Virus record (IMG/VR): IMGVR_UViG_3300036945_000814
Span: 32,001-96,000 of that record
Strand: one strand, 5' to 3'
Length of the DNA stretch: 64,000 bases
From: a virus
A program made the translations under genes and the position numbers. Under the pieces are notes generated by a model. That model did no database searches. It was given only the letters and a program-made list of their open reading frames with translations, and had not been told where the DNA came from. Below are positions 17,601 to 27,100 of this stretch, one piece after another; within the stretch, counting starts at the first letter, position 1; the number at the start of each line of letters is the position of its first letter.

Positions 17601-18987
17601 AGAGGCGCACAAGTTTTTCCCCGGACACTTCAACGCGAAAGAGCTGCGATCCAAGGATCTGCTCACGAAGAAGAAGGCCAAGGCCGGCAAGGCCGACGCC
17701 GGCGGCCTCTCGTTCATCGACGAGCTGATGGCAACCGACAGCCCGATGGATCTCACGGGCAAGAACCTCGTGACGGTCAACTACGAGTCGCTTGAGAAGT
17801 TCATGCCCTACCTCAAGGCCGCCGGGTTCGACACGATCATCGTCGACGAATCGCACCGCGCGAAGAACCCGAAGGCGAAGACGACGCAGGTGATCCAAGC
17901 CATCGCGAAGACGATGAAGCATCGCATCCTCATGTCCGGCACCGCGGTCAAGAACGGCAAGGATGAGCTTTTCACGCAGCTCGAAATGGTGAAGCCCGGC
18001 CTGTGGGGCTCGGCGAAGGAGATCAAGTTTTCCACGCATGGCGCTGCGTGGAACAAGATGCGGGACCACTACCTCGCGCGATCCAAGAAGAACGTGCTCA
18101 AGGATCTCCCCGAGAAGACGACCACGATCAGCCTGCTCTACGCCCCCGGCGCGCCGGACATCGGCAAGATGAAAGAGCCGACGCCGCCACCGGCGAACGC
18201 CACCGCGAAGCAGATTGCGGCCTACGAAAAGGCCGCCGAAGAGTGGGAATCGTGGATGGAAGGGGCCGCCGACGGCGACGGCATCAACGAGGACATCGGC
18301 GATCTCATGGACGGCGGGTCGTCGATCGGCGAGTACAGCCGCGTCCGCGGCCAGCTCGCGCTGGCGAAGGTCGACGGCACCGTCGACATGGTGCAGGAGA
18401 TCCTTGATAGCTCCGACAGCAAGGTGCTCGTGTTCACCGAGTCGGTTGCCGCGGCGAAAGCCATCGCCGAAAAGCTCGGCAGCGAGGCGATCCTGCACTA
18501 CGGGCAGCAGAGCGACGACAAGCGCGAAGACGCGAAGAAGGAGTTTCAGCGCGAGGGATCCCCCAAGCGCGTGTTCGTCTCGACCCGCCCGTCGCTGGCC
18601 GTCGGCGCCACGCTCACGGCCGCCGACAAGGTCGTGTTCAACGACCTCCCGTGGACGGCCGCCGACGTGCGCCAAGCCGAGGACCGCGCGCACCGCGTGG
18701 GCCAGAAGAACGCCGTCAACGTCTACTGGAACGTCGCCGAGGACAACAAGTTCGACGAGAACGTCTCCGCCATCCTCCGCCGGAAGTACGACCTCTCGAA
18801 GAAGATCAACGAGGGGCAGCAGCTTTCGCCCGAAGAAAAGGCGTGGATGAGCAAGCCCGTCACCATGCGCGAAGTCATGGATCGCATCAAGGGCAAGCCC
18901 TCCGGCCCGCCCGAGCCCAAGATCGAAAAGAGCGCCAAGGCGCAGCTCCGCGACATGACCCGCGCGCTGATCAAAGCGGCAAGCTAG
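14656..18987 (+). CDS. Large SNF2-family (SMARCAL1-like) helicase/translocase with long N-terminal cargo region; alternative start 14665
   Basis: LKPYQ, GDEMGLGKT, IIVDESH, LMSGT, KVLVFT, QAEDRAHRVGQ motifs; N-terminal LEKA...GHKY module. Confidence 0.92.
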   Translation: MVRMTTHDTIEDASFGLLLKADIDDALDDLEKAFGSERAGHKYSSRRRNAKGEWEYEYATDKTKAHAQMAFTFAAAHGTPEQQDRALDVLKRVEPDRWPDHVHAANVAHEAAVIHAANVAHEAAARPLPPSPAHEHSPPAAAAPPAVVRFTQGEPKPAVAAARALDASRASLIRAGIGLRANAEEKTPIEAVAGRAAALRSSASSLFNESIRMGIVNDDPRTARKFTAEEHRALAAAHTALFDEFRELYARSMTMRIRPPSGMTAADADALRSQLERDFKGHAKLAQAHNDAANAASGKPAPAAAVPLVVAPVATSVAPALDAGPVQLMDAAARLIAERASGAPPAFKAVDNNRVTIGGVKMIVQGGFLGDAPAHRAWAETAGTFSADAQHFDGGRAYRVATEAERVAAVAMIPRLRGSVNVNAPAPAPAPAPVVAEPVRPVDDFTGAFRALSDGSGAEEIVTLPSGSKIGLSYVSGQAKARPVGGGIGRKWDATATKRALAAFEAKVAALGPAWHAAHNAMYGVAAAPTPLVVAPVETAAPKRKRANNFETMPDGDRPNNFDTMPEEIKDPSPRATKIRENREAREAEAALEAGAERLTGEERHAALTRMGQHLHEVQDFRAGKDDTGMSGADMLTWRRSTTAPRKASVLRKYRRQLVESFGDLYFKAGLHEKEPIPKGHVPAVGEWTERGGLVIKADGYLGTKFNAWKNLLKEHGFRWNGSRGDESADGMHAEKAALLDIPGFIEAANKIGIHVEIPEKPEVALDAPAAANEPEAPLPTPERPSADRPTTTEDTQRVINAIRAKQGQRGTVAVTVKPDGKFAFYAVDYRKTEVPGSFNHIMSNKNGQITGLMEVDSKDAFSRTTYDAALVTEALGKLRDANPTFHFYIDPKAAAAIDKAGADKAAAEKPIPEVEALLADGFALKPYQNAMVRFLDSNDGNAIVGDEMGLGKTLQSLAWVAKNNKKAIVVVPKVVRRTWIEEAHKFFPGHFNAKELRSKDLLTKKKAKAGKADAGGLSFIDELMATDSPMDLTGKNLVTVNYESLEKFMPYLKAAGFDTIIVDESHRAKNPKAKTTQVIQAIAKTMKHRILMSGTAVKNGKDELFTQLEMVKPGLWGSAKEIKFSTHGAAWNKMRDHYLARSKKNVLKDLPEKTTTISLLYAPGAPDIGKMKEPTPPPANATAKQIAAYEKAAEEWESWMEGAADGDGINEDIGDLMDGGSSIGEYSRVRGQLALAKVDGTVDMVQEILDSSDSKVLVFTESVAAAKAIAEKLGSEAILHYGQQSDDKREDAKKEFQREGSPKRVFVSTRPSLAVGATLTAADKVVFNDLPWTAADVRQAEDRAHRVGQKNAVNVYWNVAEDNKFDENVSAILRRKYDLSKKINEGQQLSPEEKAWMSKPVTMREVMDRIKGKPSGPPEPKIEKSAKAQLRDMTRALIKAAS
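14962..15030 (+). repeat. 36-bp-period tandem coding repeat (HAANVAHEAA x2)
   Basis: Copies start at 14962 and 14998. Confidence 0.7.
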
Positions 18988-19017
18988 AGTAGATCCGTTC
19001 ACCCCCGAGGACCGCCC

Positions 19018-21276
19018 ATGAGCACCAACGAAGCCACCGCCCTCTTGAACGACTCGCCGCTGCTCAAGTCGGACGACGGCCACAAGTACGTCAAGCGTGA
19101 GGGGATGCCCGGCGCCTACAAGTACACCTACGCCGACGGCAGCACCGGCCACACCGAGCACAAGCCCACGTTTCAGCTCGGCGCCGCGGCGCATCAACAG
19201 GGCCTCTTCGGCGCCAGCTCCTACGAGAAGAAGCCGGCGAAGCCGAAGGCCCCCGATCCCTTGGCGCACCGGCAGGTCGATATGTTCGCGCCGAAGCCGG
19301 CAGCCGCCACAGCGCCCGCGCCCGCGCCCGCGCCCGAGCCCGCGTCGAAGTTTGACGAGGTCGTTTCAGCCGCCTACACGCAGCGCGCCCGCGAGGCCGG
19401 CGCTGCCTCGGCCCATGCTCGCGAAATGGATCAAGCCGGCTACCACGGAGGCATCAGCAACGCCCACAGGCACGCCGCTTCCGCGCATCGTCGAGCCGGC
19501 GAGGCCGCCATCGCCCTTGGTCACGGCGCCAACACCGCCATGCACGGCAAGCAGATGGCGCACCACGAGAAGCAGGCGGATCTCGACGACGACATCGCCG
19601 CACGCCACGCCGCAACGCGCAGCGGTGCCGCAAAGGAGGCTTCCGACCGCGTCATGGCTATCGCCGACAAGGCGAAGAAGACGACGATGGTCGACACGCC
19701 CGCGGGGCCGCGTGAGTCCACGCCGGGCGGGCTCAAATGGTACGGCGACAAGCCCCACAACCCGGAGGCGCTGGCCGCGGCGCGTGAGGCTTACGGCAGC
19801 GCCAAGTCCGAAGGCCGCAGCGACAAGCTGGCCCACAGCAAGGCGTCGAAGGCCGCGCAGAAGCACCTCGGCGGCGTCACCGGCGCGTGGGATCACGCGA
19901 CGCACGCTCAAGAGCTGCACGATCACGCGAACGGGAACCGGCACGAGATCCCCGGCGGCGCCGACCGCGCAGGGCCACCGCCCCGTGCGCCCGCGAAGAA
20001 GAAGTCCCCGAAGGCGCAGGCCACGCACGCGGCCAAGGTCGCCGACGCCGCTTCGGCGAAAGAAAACGCCGCCGATCACGCGCACGACATGGGATCCAAG
20101 GCGACCACCCTTTCCACGGCCGCCCACCGCCTTTCCAACGCCGGCGGCGACATGGGAAGCGCGAACCACCAAGCCGCGCACGAGGCGCACAAGGCCGCCG
20201 CCGCTGCCAACCGCGAGGCCGCCTCGGCGTTCCAGCAGCCGGGCGCCAGCGTGAGCATTGCAGGCAAGTCGTTCTCGTCGCTGCACGAGGAGCGCGCGAA
20301 GGCGCACGACGAGAAGGCCGGCGATCACTGGCGCGAGGCGGTCAAGGCGCGCTCCGACGAAGAGGGTGAGCCATTCAGCCAAGCCGCGACGCACAAGGTC
20401 GACGGCACGAAGAAGACGGATCTCGACAAGCTGCACGAAGGTGTGGCGGACCTCAAGCCATCCGCCATGCGCAGCGACGGGCACTTCACGCGGGCTGCCG
20501 ACAAGTTCAAGGCGCTGCGCGACCACATCCACGAGAAGGTCGGCGCCCATCCCGCGCACGCGCACGCGAGCAAGGCGTTCACCCTCGCCAACACCGCGGC
20601 GCAGTCGTCCGGCAGCTACGACGTCAAGACGCGCCGCGAGCACATGGAAGGCGCGCAGCAGCACGCGCAGAAAGCGATCGACGCGATGAAGGGCATGGGC
20701 AAGAGCATGGATCACGAGGTCGGAATCTCCCGCTTCCAAGACCGCTCCGCCGGCCGTCCCGCCGCCGGCGGCGTGTACGACGGGCTCGGCTCCGGCATGG
20801 TCGATCCCACCGTGGATCGCCCGCGCTACGCCGGCCGCGCCCCCAATCAGGTGATCGCCGTCGGCGTCGCTGGCGACAGCAACGACCGCAACACCTTCGC
20901 CTACCAGAAGGGCCGGCAGTCCGGCGCCACGTTGGATCTGGCGAAGTCGGCGATGATCGGCGCCGTCAAGGACGGCTACCGGATGCAGCTCATCGCCGTC
21001 GCCGACGCCAACCCCGTTGCCTCGCTCATCATGCGCGGCCGCGTGGAAGGCGAGCGCCCGATGGTGCCCGCCGAGCTGCGCAAGAGTGTGCAGCTTTCCG
21101 CGCCCGACCCCGACGCCGTCGTCGCCTTCGCCGCGGCTGCCCTCAAGGCTGCCAGCGACCGCAACCCGCAGCTTCGGGAAGGGCTCTCGCGCCTCGGCGT
21201 CTCCCGTGCCACCCTGTACGCGACCCTTGAGGCGCTGGCCCTCACACCGGCAGGGATGACCGCCGGCAACCGATAG
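19018..21276 (+). CDS. His/Ala-rich putative internal head protein (752 aa) with N-terminal GHKY module
   Basis: GAGG RBS; LLKS-DDGHKYVKR...YKYTY; helical AHxxAAxAH-type repeats. Confidence 0.8.
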   Translation: MSTNEATALLNDSPLLKSDDGHKYVKREGMPGAYKYTYADGSTGHTEHKPTFQLGAAAHQQGLFGASSYEKKPAKPKAPDPLAHRQVDMFAPKPAAATAPAPAPAPEPASKFDEVVSAAYTQRAREAGAASAHAREMDQAGYHGGISNAHRHAASAHRRAGEAAIALGHGANTAMHGKQMAHHEKQADLDDDIAARHAATRSGAAKEASDRVMAIADKAKKTTMVDTPAGPRESTPGGLKWYGDKPHNPEALAAAREAYGSAKSEGRSDKLAHSKASKAAQKHLGGVTGAWDHATHAQELHDHANGNRHEIPGGADRAGPPPRAPAKKKSPKAQATHAAKVADAASAKENAADHAHDMGSKATTLSTAAHRLSNAGGDMGSANHQAAHEAHKAAAAANREAASAFQQPGASVSIAGKSFSSLHEERAKAHDEKAGDHWREAVKARSDEEGEPFSQAATHKVDGTKKTDLDKLHEGVADLKPSAMRSDGHFTRAADKFKALRDHIHEKVGAHPAHAHASKAFTLANTAAQSSGSYDVKTRREHMEGAQQHAQKAIDAMKGMGKSMDHEVGISRFQDRSAGRPAAGGVYDGLGSGMVDPTVDRPRYAGRAPNQVIAVGVAGDSNDRNTFAYQKGRQSGATLDLAKSAMIGAVKDGYRMQLIAVADANPVASLIMRGRVEGERPMVPAELRKSVQLSAPDPDAVVAFAAAALKAASDRNPQLREGLSRLGVSRATLYATLEALALTPAGMTAGNR

Positions 21277-21284
21277 GAGCCCGC

Positions 21285-23045
21285 GTGGACCTCATCAAGC
21301 CCGAGCAGATCCGCGCCATGATGGCGACGGCCATCGAGTCAAAGCTCTCGCAGGCCGTGCATGACGCGACCGGCGAGGCCATCGAGCGGCTTGTCGAGGC
21401 GCAGATCCAAGATCAGCTCGCCCCGATGATGGGCGGGCTGCTCGCCAAGGGCAACGGCGGCGACCCCGGCCCGCGCCCCGGCCAGCTCTCGCAGACGACG
21501 GCCGCCGACCCCAAGGGCCTGCTCTACGATCCGTTCACGGCCCTCGACCAGATGGGCTTTCGCGAGCGCCCGAGCGCCATCACGTTCCGCACGCTCGGCG
21601 AAATGGCCCGGCGGGTGCCGCCGTTCTCGGCGTACCTGCAAACGCGGTTGAACCAGATGGCCGCCTTCTGCGAGCCGCAACCCGACGAGCACAGCGTCGG
21701 GTTCAAGTTTGTCCTCAAGGACAAGCAGGCGAACCTGTCGAAGAAGATGCAGCGCCGCAACGACGAGCTGACCCGGTGGCTCTCGGCGATGGGCGACCCC
21801 GAGCTGAACATCAAGCGCGACAAGTTTGGCGCGTGGATGCGCAAAAGCATGTGGGATTCCCTCGTCTACGATCAGATGACGACGGAGATCGTGCCCCGCA
21901 AAGATGGATCGGCGCCGTCGTACATCCGCGCGCTCGACGCCGCCACGATCCGTGTTTCCGACACGCTCGACGAGGTCGACTACATCGACGAGACGATCCA
22001 ATACGTTCAGATTTACGACGACACGATCATCGCGGAGTTCAAGGAACACGAAATGATCTTCGGGATCCGAAACCCGCGCAGCGACATTCGCTACAGCGGC
22101 TACGGAATGCCCGAGCTGGAAATGCTGATCAGCATCGTCACCGCGCTCCTTTGGGGCATCGACTACAATGCCAAGTTTTTCTCGCAGGGCTCGGTCGCGA
22201 AGGGCCTGCTCAACTTCAAGGGCGCCATCCCCGAGAAGGAGCTGATCGCGTTCCGCCGTCAGTGGTACTCGATGATCACCGGCGTGCAGAACGCTTGGCG
22301 CACTCCCGTCGTCAACGCGGAAGACGTGCAATGGCTCAACATGCAGTCGAGCAACCGCGACATGGAGTTTGCGGCTTGGATCGACTGGCTGCTCAAGGTG
22401 ACGTGCGCCGTCTGCCAGATCGCCCCCGAAGAGATCGGGTTTCAGTTTGGCAACGCGGGCCAGACCTCGACGATGTCGGAGGGCTCGCAGGCCGACAAGC
22501 TGGCGCAGAGCAGGGACAAGGGCCTCATCCCTCTCGCCAAGTTTGTCTGCGAACAGCTCAACGACAAGGTGATCGACAAGCTCGACAACCGCTTCCGGTT
22601 GGAGTTTGCCGGCGTGAACGCACGCACCGCCGAGGCGTTGATCGACTTGCAGACCAAAGAGGTCAAGACCGTCAAGACCGTCGACGAGGTCCGCAAAGAG
22701 CGCGGCGAAGATCCATTGCCCGACGGGCTCGGCGCCGTCATCCTCGACTCGGTGTGGTTGCAGTTCATGCAGGCGAAGAACGCCGAGAAGCAGCAACAGC
22801 AGCAGGCCGGAGGCGGCGACGGCTACGGCGCCCCGCCCGGCTCCCCGCAGATGGACGGCGCGCCCCCGTGGGAAGGCGACGGCACCGATCAGCAGGAGCA
22901 ACCGGACGATGCCGGCCAAGGCGGCGACGTTGACGCGGGAGGCGCACCGCCCGACGATGTGCAGAAGAGCGGACGCAGCGGCTTCGGCCTTTCGCCGGCC
23001 CAACAGCGCGCGCTCCGCACGTTGGATCTTGAGGTCGATCTGTGA
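21285..23045 (+). CDS. Portal protein
   Basis: AGGAG RBS plus GTG; NPRSD...GYGMPELE, YNAKFFSQG, NRDMEFAAW, IAPEEIGF, TVDEVRKERGEDPLP motifs of HK97/herellevirus-like portals. Confidence 0.92.
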   Translation: MDLIKPEQIRAMMATAIESKLSQAVHDATGEAIERLVEAQIQDQLAPMMGGLLAKGNGGDPGPRPGQLSQTTAADPKGLLYDPFTALDQMGFRERPSAITFRTLGEMARRVPPFSAYLQTRLNQMAAFCEPQPDEHSVGFKFVLKDKQANLSKKMQRRNDELTRWLSAMGDPELNIKRDKFGAWMRKSMWDSLVYDQMTTEIVPRKDGSAPSYIRALDAATIRVSDTLDEVDYIDETIQYVQIYDDTIIAEFKEHEMIFGIRNPRSDIRYSGYGMPELEMLISIVTALLWGIDYNAKFFSQGSVAKGLLNFKGAIPEKELIAFRRQWYSMITGVQNAWRTPVVNAEDVQWLNMQSSNRDMEFAAWIDWLLKVTCAVCQIAPEEIGFQFGNAGQTSTMSEGSQADKLAQSRDKGLIPLAKFVCEQLNDKVIDKLDNRFRLEFAGVNARTAEALIDLQTKEVKTVKTVDEVRKERGEDPLPDGLGAVILDSVWLQFMQAKNAEKQQQQQAGGGDGYGAPPGSPQMDGAPPWEGDGTDQQEQPDDAGQGGDVDAGGAPPDDVQKSGRSGFGLSPAQQRALRTLDLEVDL

Positions 23046-23416
23046 AAGCTCTCCGCTCGCTCAAGCTCACCCTCACCGGCGACACCGACGCCGCCAAGCT
23101 CTTTGAGCAGGTCTTTGACCGGCAGGAGGACGTGGCGACGGTCGTCGCGTGGGAGAACAGCGGGATCCGCCGCGTAGCGGCCGCGGCCATCGGCGCCGCC
23201 ATCCCCTTCGGCGGCATCACCACCGCGTCGATGCTGCTCATCGCCAGCGACAAGGACATCGTCGTGCGCATCAACGGCGGCGCCGAGAACATCGCCGTGA
23301 AGAAGGCGACCGCTGGCCGCGGCGTCTTCTACCTTGAGGGCGCTGTCACCTCGGTCGTGATAGACAATCCCGGCACCGAAGACGCGACCATCGTGTACGC
23401 CCTCGCGGGCGTGTAG
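23042..23416 (+). CDS. Hypothetical beta-rich virion protein
   Basis: GTGA coupling to portal; beta-strand composition. Confidence 0.7.
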   Translation: MKALRSLKLTLTGDTDAAKLFEQVFDRQEDVATVVAWENSGIRRVAAAAIGAAIPFGGITTASMLLIASDKDIVVRINGGAENIAVKKATAGRGVFYLEGAVTSVVIDNPGTEDATIVYALAGV

Positions 23417-23461
23417 CATCGGATCTCAACACTACGGGCGTGCCCCGAAGGAGAAGCAGCA

Positions 23462-23866
23462 ATGGCCTTGAAGACCACCCTCACCCCTGCCGAGCACGCC
23501 AACGTCGTGCAGGGGCTCACCCTCCCTCTCACCCTCTCCGGCAACGTCGCCGGCGCGATGTCGACCGGCACCAAGGGCCAGATGCTCTTGGATGGCCCCT
23601 CGGCCATCCGCAACATCCGCGCGCGTCTCGGCGTGTGCGGCACCGTCGGCGCCACCGTCGTCGAGGTCAAGAAGAACGGCGCCGTCGTCGCTTCCGTCTC
23701 GATCGACAACACGGCCGCCGACCCGACGCAGCTCGTGGGCCTCCCCACGTCCGATGCGCTGGCGAAGTGTGACGCGGGCGACCTCATCGAGATCGCCGTG
23801 TCGGCCATCGGCACCGGCTCGACGGACCTCGTCGCGACGGCCCACATCGACCGCCGCTTCGAGTGA
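23462..23866 (+). CDS. Putative head decoration / virion protein
   Basis: AAGGAG RBS; small beta-sandwich-like sequence. Confidence 0.7.
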   Translation: MALKTTLTPAEHANVVQGLTLPLTLSGNVAGAMSTGTKGQMLLDGPSAIRNIRARLGVCGTVGATVVEVKKNGAVVASVSIDNTAADPTQLVGLPTSDALAKCDAGDLIEIAVSAIGTGSTDLVATAHIDRRFE

Positions 23867-24141
23867 GCGACCGCGGCGCCCCAAAGGCCCGCATTCGCGT
23901 CGAGCTTTCGCCCGGCGTCGTGGCAACGCACGATGTCCGGGCGAAGCTCGTTTCACAGGTGGCCGCACAGCTCGGCGTCGACCCGCACGCGGACTGCACG
24001 CACGGCGACCTCGAAAAGAGCGACAAGCCGGCGCCAAAGCTCCGGCACCGCGCCCCGCAAGAGGGCATCGAGCAGGCAGTCAGGCTCTATGAGGCCATGC
24101 TGCGCGCCATGATCGACGACATCGCCGCGGCCTTGAAGTAG
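23863..24141 (+). CDS. Hypothetical protein (contains LEKS motif)
   Basis: GTGA coupling; 92 aa. Confidence 0.65.
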   Translation: MSDRGAPKARIRVELSPGVVATHDVRAKLVSQVAAQLGVDPHADCTHGDLEKSDKPAPKLRHRAPQEGIEQAVRLYEAMLRAMIDDIAAALK

Positions 24142-24162
24142 CGTCGCGGAGGAGATTCCCCC

Positions 24163-27100
24163 GTGGCGCTGTGGACTGCCGATCAGCTTGCGAAAGTCCG
24201 CGCCGTCATCGCGCGGCACCATGCGGCGATCACCATCGCCATCTTCGGACACAAGGCCCTGCCCGACGACCTCGTCAAAGACCTCCGGGCCTCCGGCATC
24301 CCCGTGCCCACCGGCCCGCAGCTCATCGACGACGCCTTCACCTACGGGCAGCTCGTTGCCCTCCTTCGCGATCCGAAGCTCGCCACCAAGAGCCCCGCCG
24401 AGATCGCCGAGCTTGTGGCCGCCCGCAAGATCCCGTTGCAGCTCACGCCGTCTGAGAAGGCCGCCGTCGAAGTCGCGCGCACGCACGCCGGGCAGTACGT
24501 CGTCGGCCTCGGCACCCGCGTCGCGGGGCAGGTCATGGCCGCCGTCACCGGCGCCGAGGCCAACCTCACCCCCGAGCGCATGGTCGAGATCATTCAGGAC
24601 AAGACCGCCGGCAACCTCGCCCGGCGCGAGACGATCGACAGCCTGAGATCCGACCTCGGGCACGCGATGGGCAACTGGACCCGCGACTGGCAGCGCATCG
24701 CGATGACCGAGTCGAACAACGCGATCCAAGAAGGCACCGCGGCCACCATCGAGAAAGAGCACGGCGTCGACGAGCTTGTGTCGAAGATGCCGCGCCCCGA
24801 CGCCTGCCCGGACTGCAAGCGCCTGTACCTCCGCGGCGGCGAGCCCATCATTTTCAAGCTCTCCGAGCTGCGTGCCAACGGCAGCAACGTCGGCCGAAAG
24901 AAGCGCGACTGGAAGCCGACCATCGAGGCCGTCCACCCGTGGTGCGGATGCGTGCTCGTGCGAATCCCCGCGGGCATGGTCTGGGAGGACGGCGAGCTTG
25001 TCGTCGACAAGGCGGAGAAAAGCCAAGCGGGTATTGAAATGCCCGCCCGGCCCGCATTTCAATACCCGCTGCGGAAAGCCGCCCGCAAGCTCCACGGTCG
25101 CCTCACGTTTGCCGGGATGCCGATCAGCATCGAGAACCGCCGGGGCTCGTTCCGCCATTGGTTCGACCCGGTCGCCAAAGAGCACGGCAAGACCAAGGTG
25201 CTTTTCCCCTACGGCTACATCCGGCTCACCGAGGCCGCCGACGGCGACCACGTCGACGTCTACGTCGGCCCGCTCAAGACGGCGCCCAACGTCTACGTCG
25301 TCCACCAACGCAAGAAGAAACCGGATGGATCTTTCGGCGGCTACGACGAGGACAAGGCCATGCTCGGTTTCCCGTCGGCCAGCGCGGCGAAGCGGGCCTA
25401 CCTCGCGCACTACAGCGACCCGAGATTCTTCGGGGCGATGACGACCATGACCGTCGCCGAGTTCAAGGTAAAGCTCGTGGAGAACCGGGGGCGAAAGATC
25501 ACGAAGGCATGGCGCGAGCCGACGGCGCTCGTGATCGACATGCTGGCGAAGAGCTATGCCCCGTGCGTGCGCTGTGGCGAAATGTCGAAGGAGTCGAGCA
25601 GCGACGGCGCCGAGCCGTGCTGGACGTGTCGCAAGGCGCTCGAAGCCGCCGGTACGCCCTACGTTCGCGCCGGGTGGAAAGACGGCGTGGAGCTGGCGAA
25701 AGCCGGCGGCCCGTACATCGGCCCCAAGGGCGGCAAATGGGCCGACCCCGAGCACACCGTTGCGTGGCAAGAGCCCGGCGGCGTCGAGAGCCTGCCCCAC
25801 CTTGAGGACGAAAAATGGGATGACGGCACCGTCGTTCGCTGGCGGCAAAGCCCGTTCGTTCACGCGCCGCCCCGGTCAAAGCCGCAGCTCCCGTCGTCAA
25901 CGCCAACCTCGATCGAGCACGTTCCCCTCGACAAGCTGCACGCAACGCAGAAGCGCGTCACCGAGGGGGGCGTGCAGAAGTACCTCGACAAGCCGTTGAA
26001 CGCGGCCGCCGACGACAAGCTCGATCTCCCGCTCGTCACCGTCGACAAAGACGGCAAGCACTTCATTCAGGACGGGCACCACCGTCTCACGGCCGCCAAG
26101 CTCCGCGGCGAGGCGTCCGTTCCCGTCCGGGTGCAGCGAGAAAAGGCCGAGGAGAAGAAAACGCACGAACCGCTGGCGCCCGACTACGAGCCGAAGGTCG
26201 GCGACGAGCACGCGATCCCCGGCCCGCACGGCATGGCCGCGTTCACGGCGCGCATCGAGCACGTCGGCGACGACCATGTGCGGATCTCGCAGAACCACGG
26301 CGACGAGCGTCGCGGCACAGGGGCTCACGGTACAAGGGTGCCGAAAGCGGCGGTGTCGCACTTCGTCAACGACCTCCGCGGCGTCGTTCACGGCCCGCCG
26401 TCGAGCGACCCGCGCGTGCAGGCGGTACTCGACGGCAAGGCCGAGCACCTTGGCAAAGGCGACGACGGCATCGCCTTCCGCGTCGGCGACACCGTCGTCA
26501 AGGCGTCGACGACGGTGCCCTACCAACCGTTCAACGAAAACTACTTGACGCCGGCGACGGCGGCCGAGCGCATGGTCGAGCAGGTGAACACGTCGAACGC
26601 GATGCACGCCGACGGCGTGCCCGGCATCATGCGTTCCGAGCTTGTCCACAACGGCGACAAGGCGTTTCAGATCAAGCCCTACGTCGAGATCCCCGACAAG
26701 CTCACCCGCGAACAACTCGACAGCGTCGCCGATTCAGTGCTCAAGGCGCACGCCGCCGGCTACACGTTCAACGACGAGATCCAAGTAGGCGTTCACGAGG
26801 GCAAGCTCGTTCACTTCGACACCGGCAAGGCGGCGAAGGCGCCCGACGAGAAGCGCCTCAAAGAAAGAGCCGAAGACGACGAGGAACGCCTCAAAGACCT
26901 CTTCGCCAAGCACGGCGAGAAGTTCCAGACGACGAAAGAGAAGCACAACCCGCTCATCGAGTGGGAGGAAATGGCGTCGCGAGATCCAAAGAAGATGACA
27001 GATGCCGAGCGCAGCAAGCACGCCTCGCTTCTGTGGATGCACAGCCTCAAGGTGAAGTCGTTTCGCGATCGGGCTGATCCCGTCGACAAAGACTTCTACG

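Noticed and set aside
25026-25042. GCGGGTATTGAAAT resembles the 3' end of type I-C CRISPR repeats (GCGTGGATTGAAAC)
   Set aside because: Single partial match, no array or spacers and no cas genes; kept only as a hairpin.
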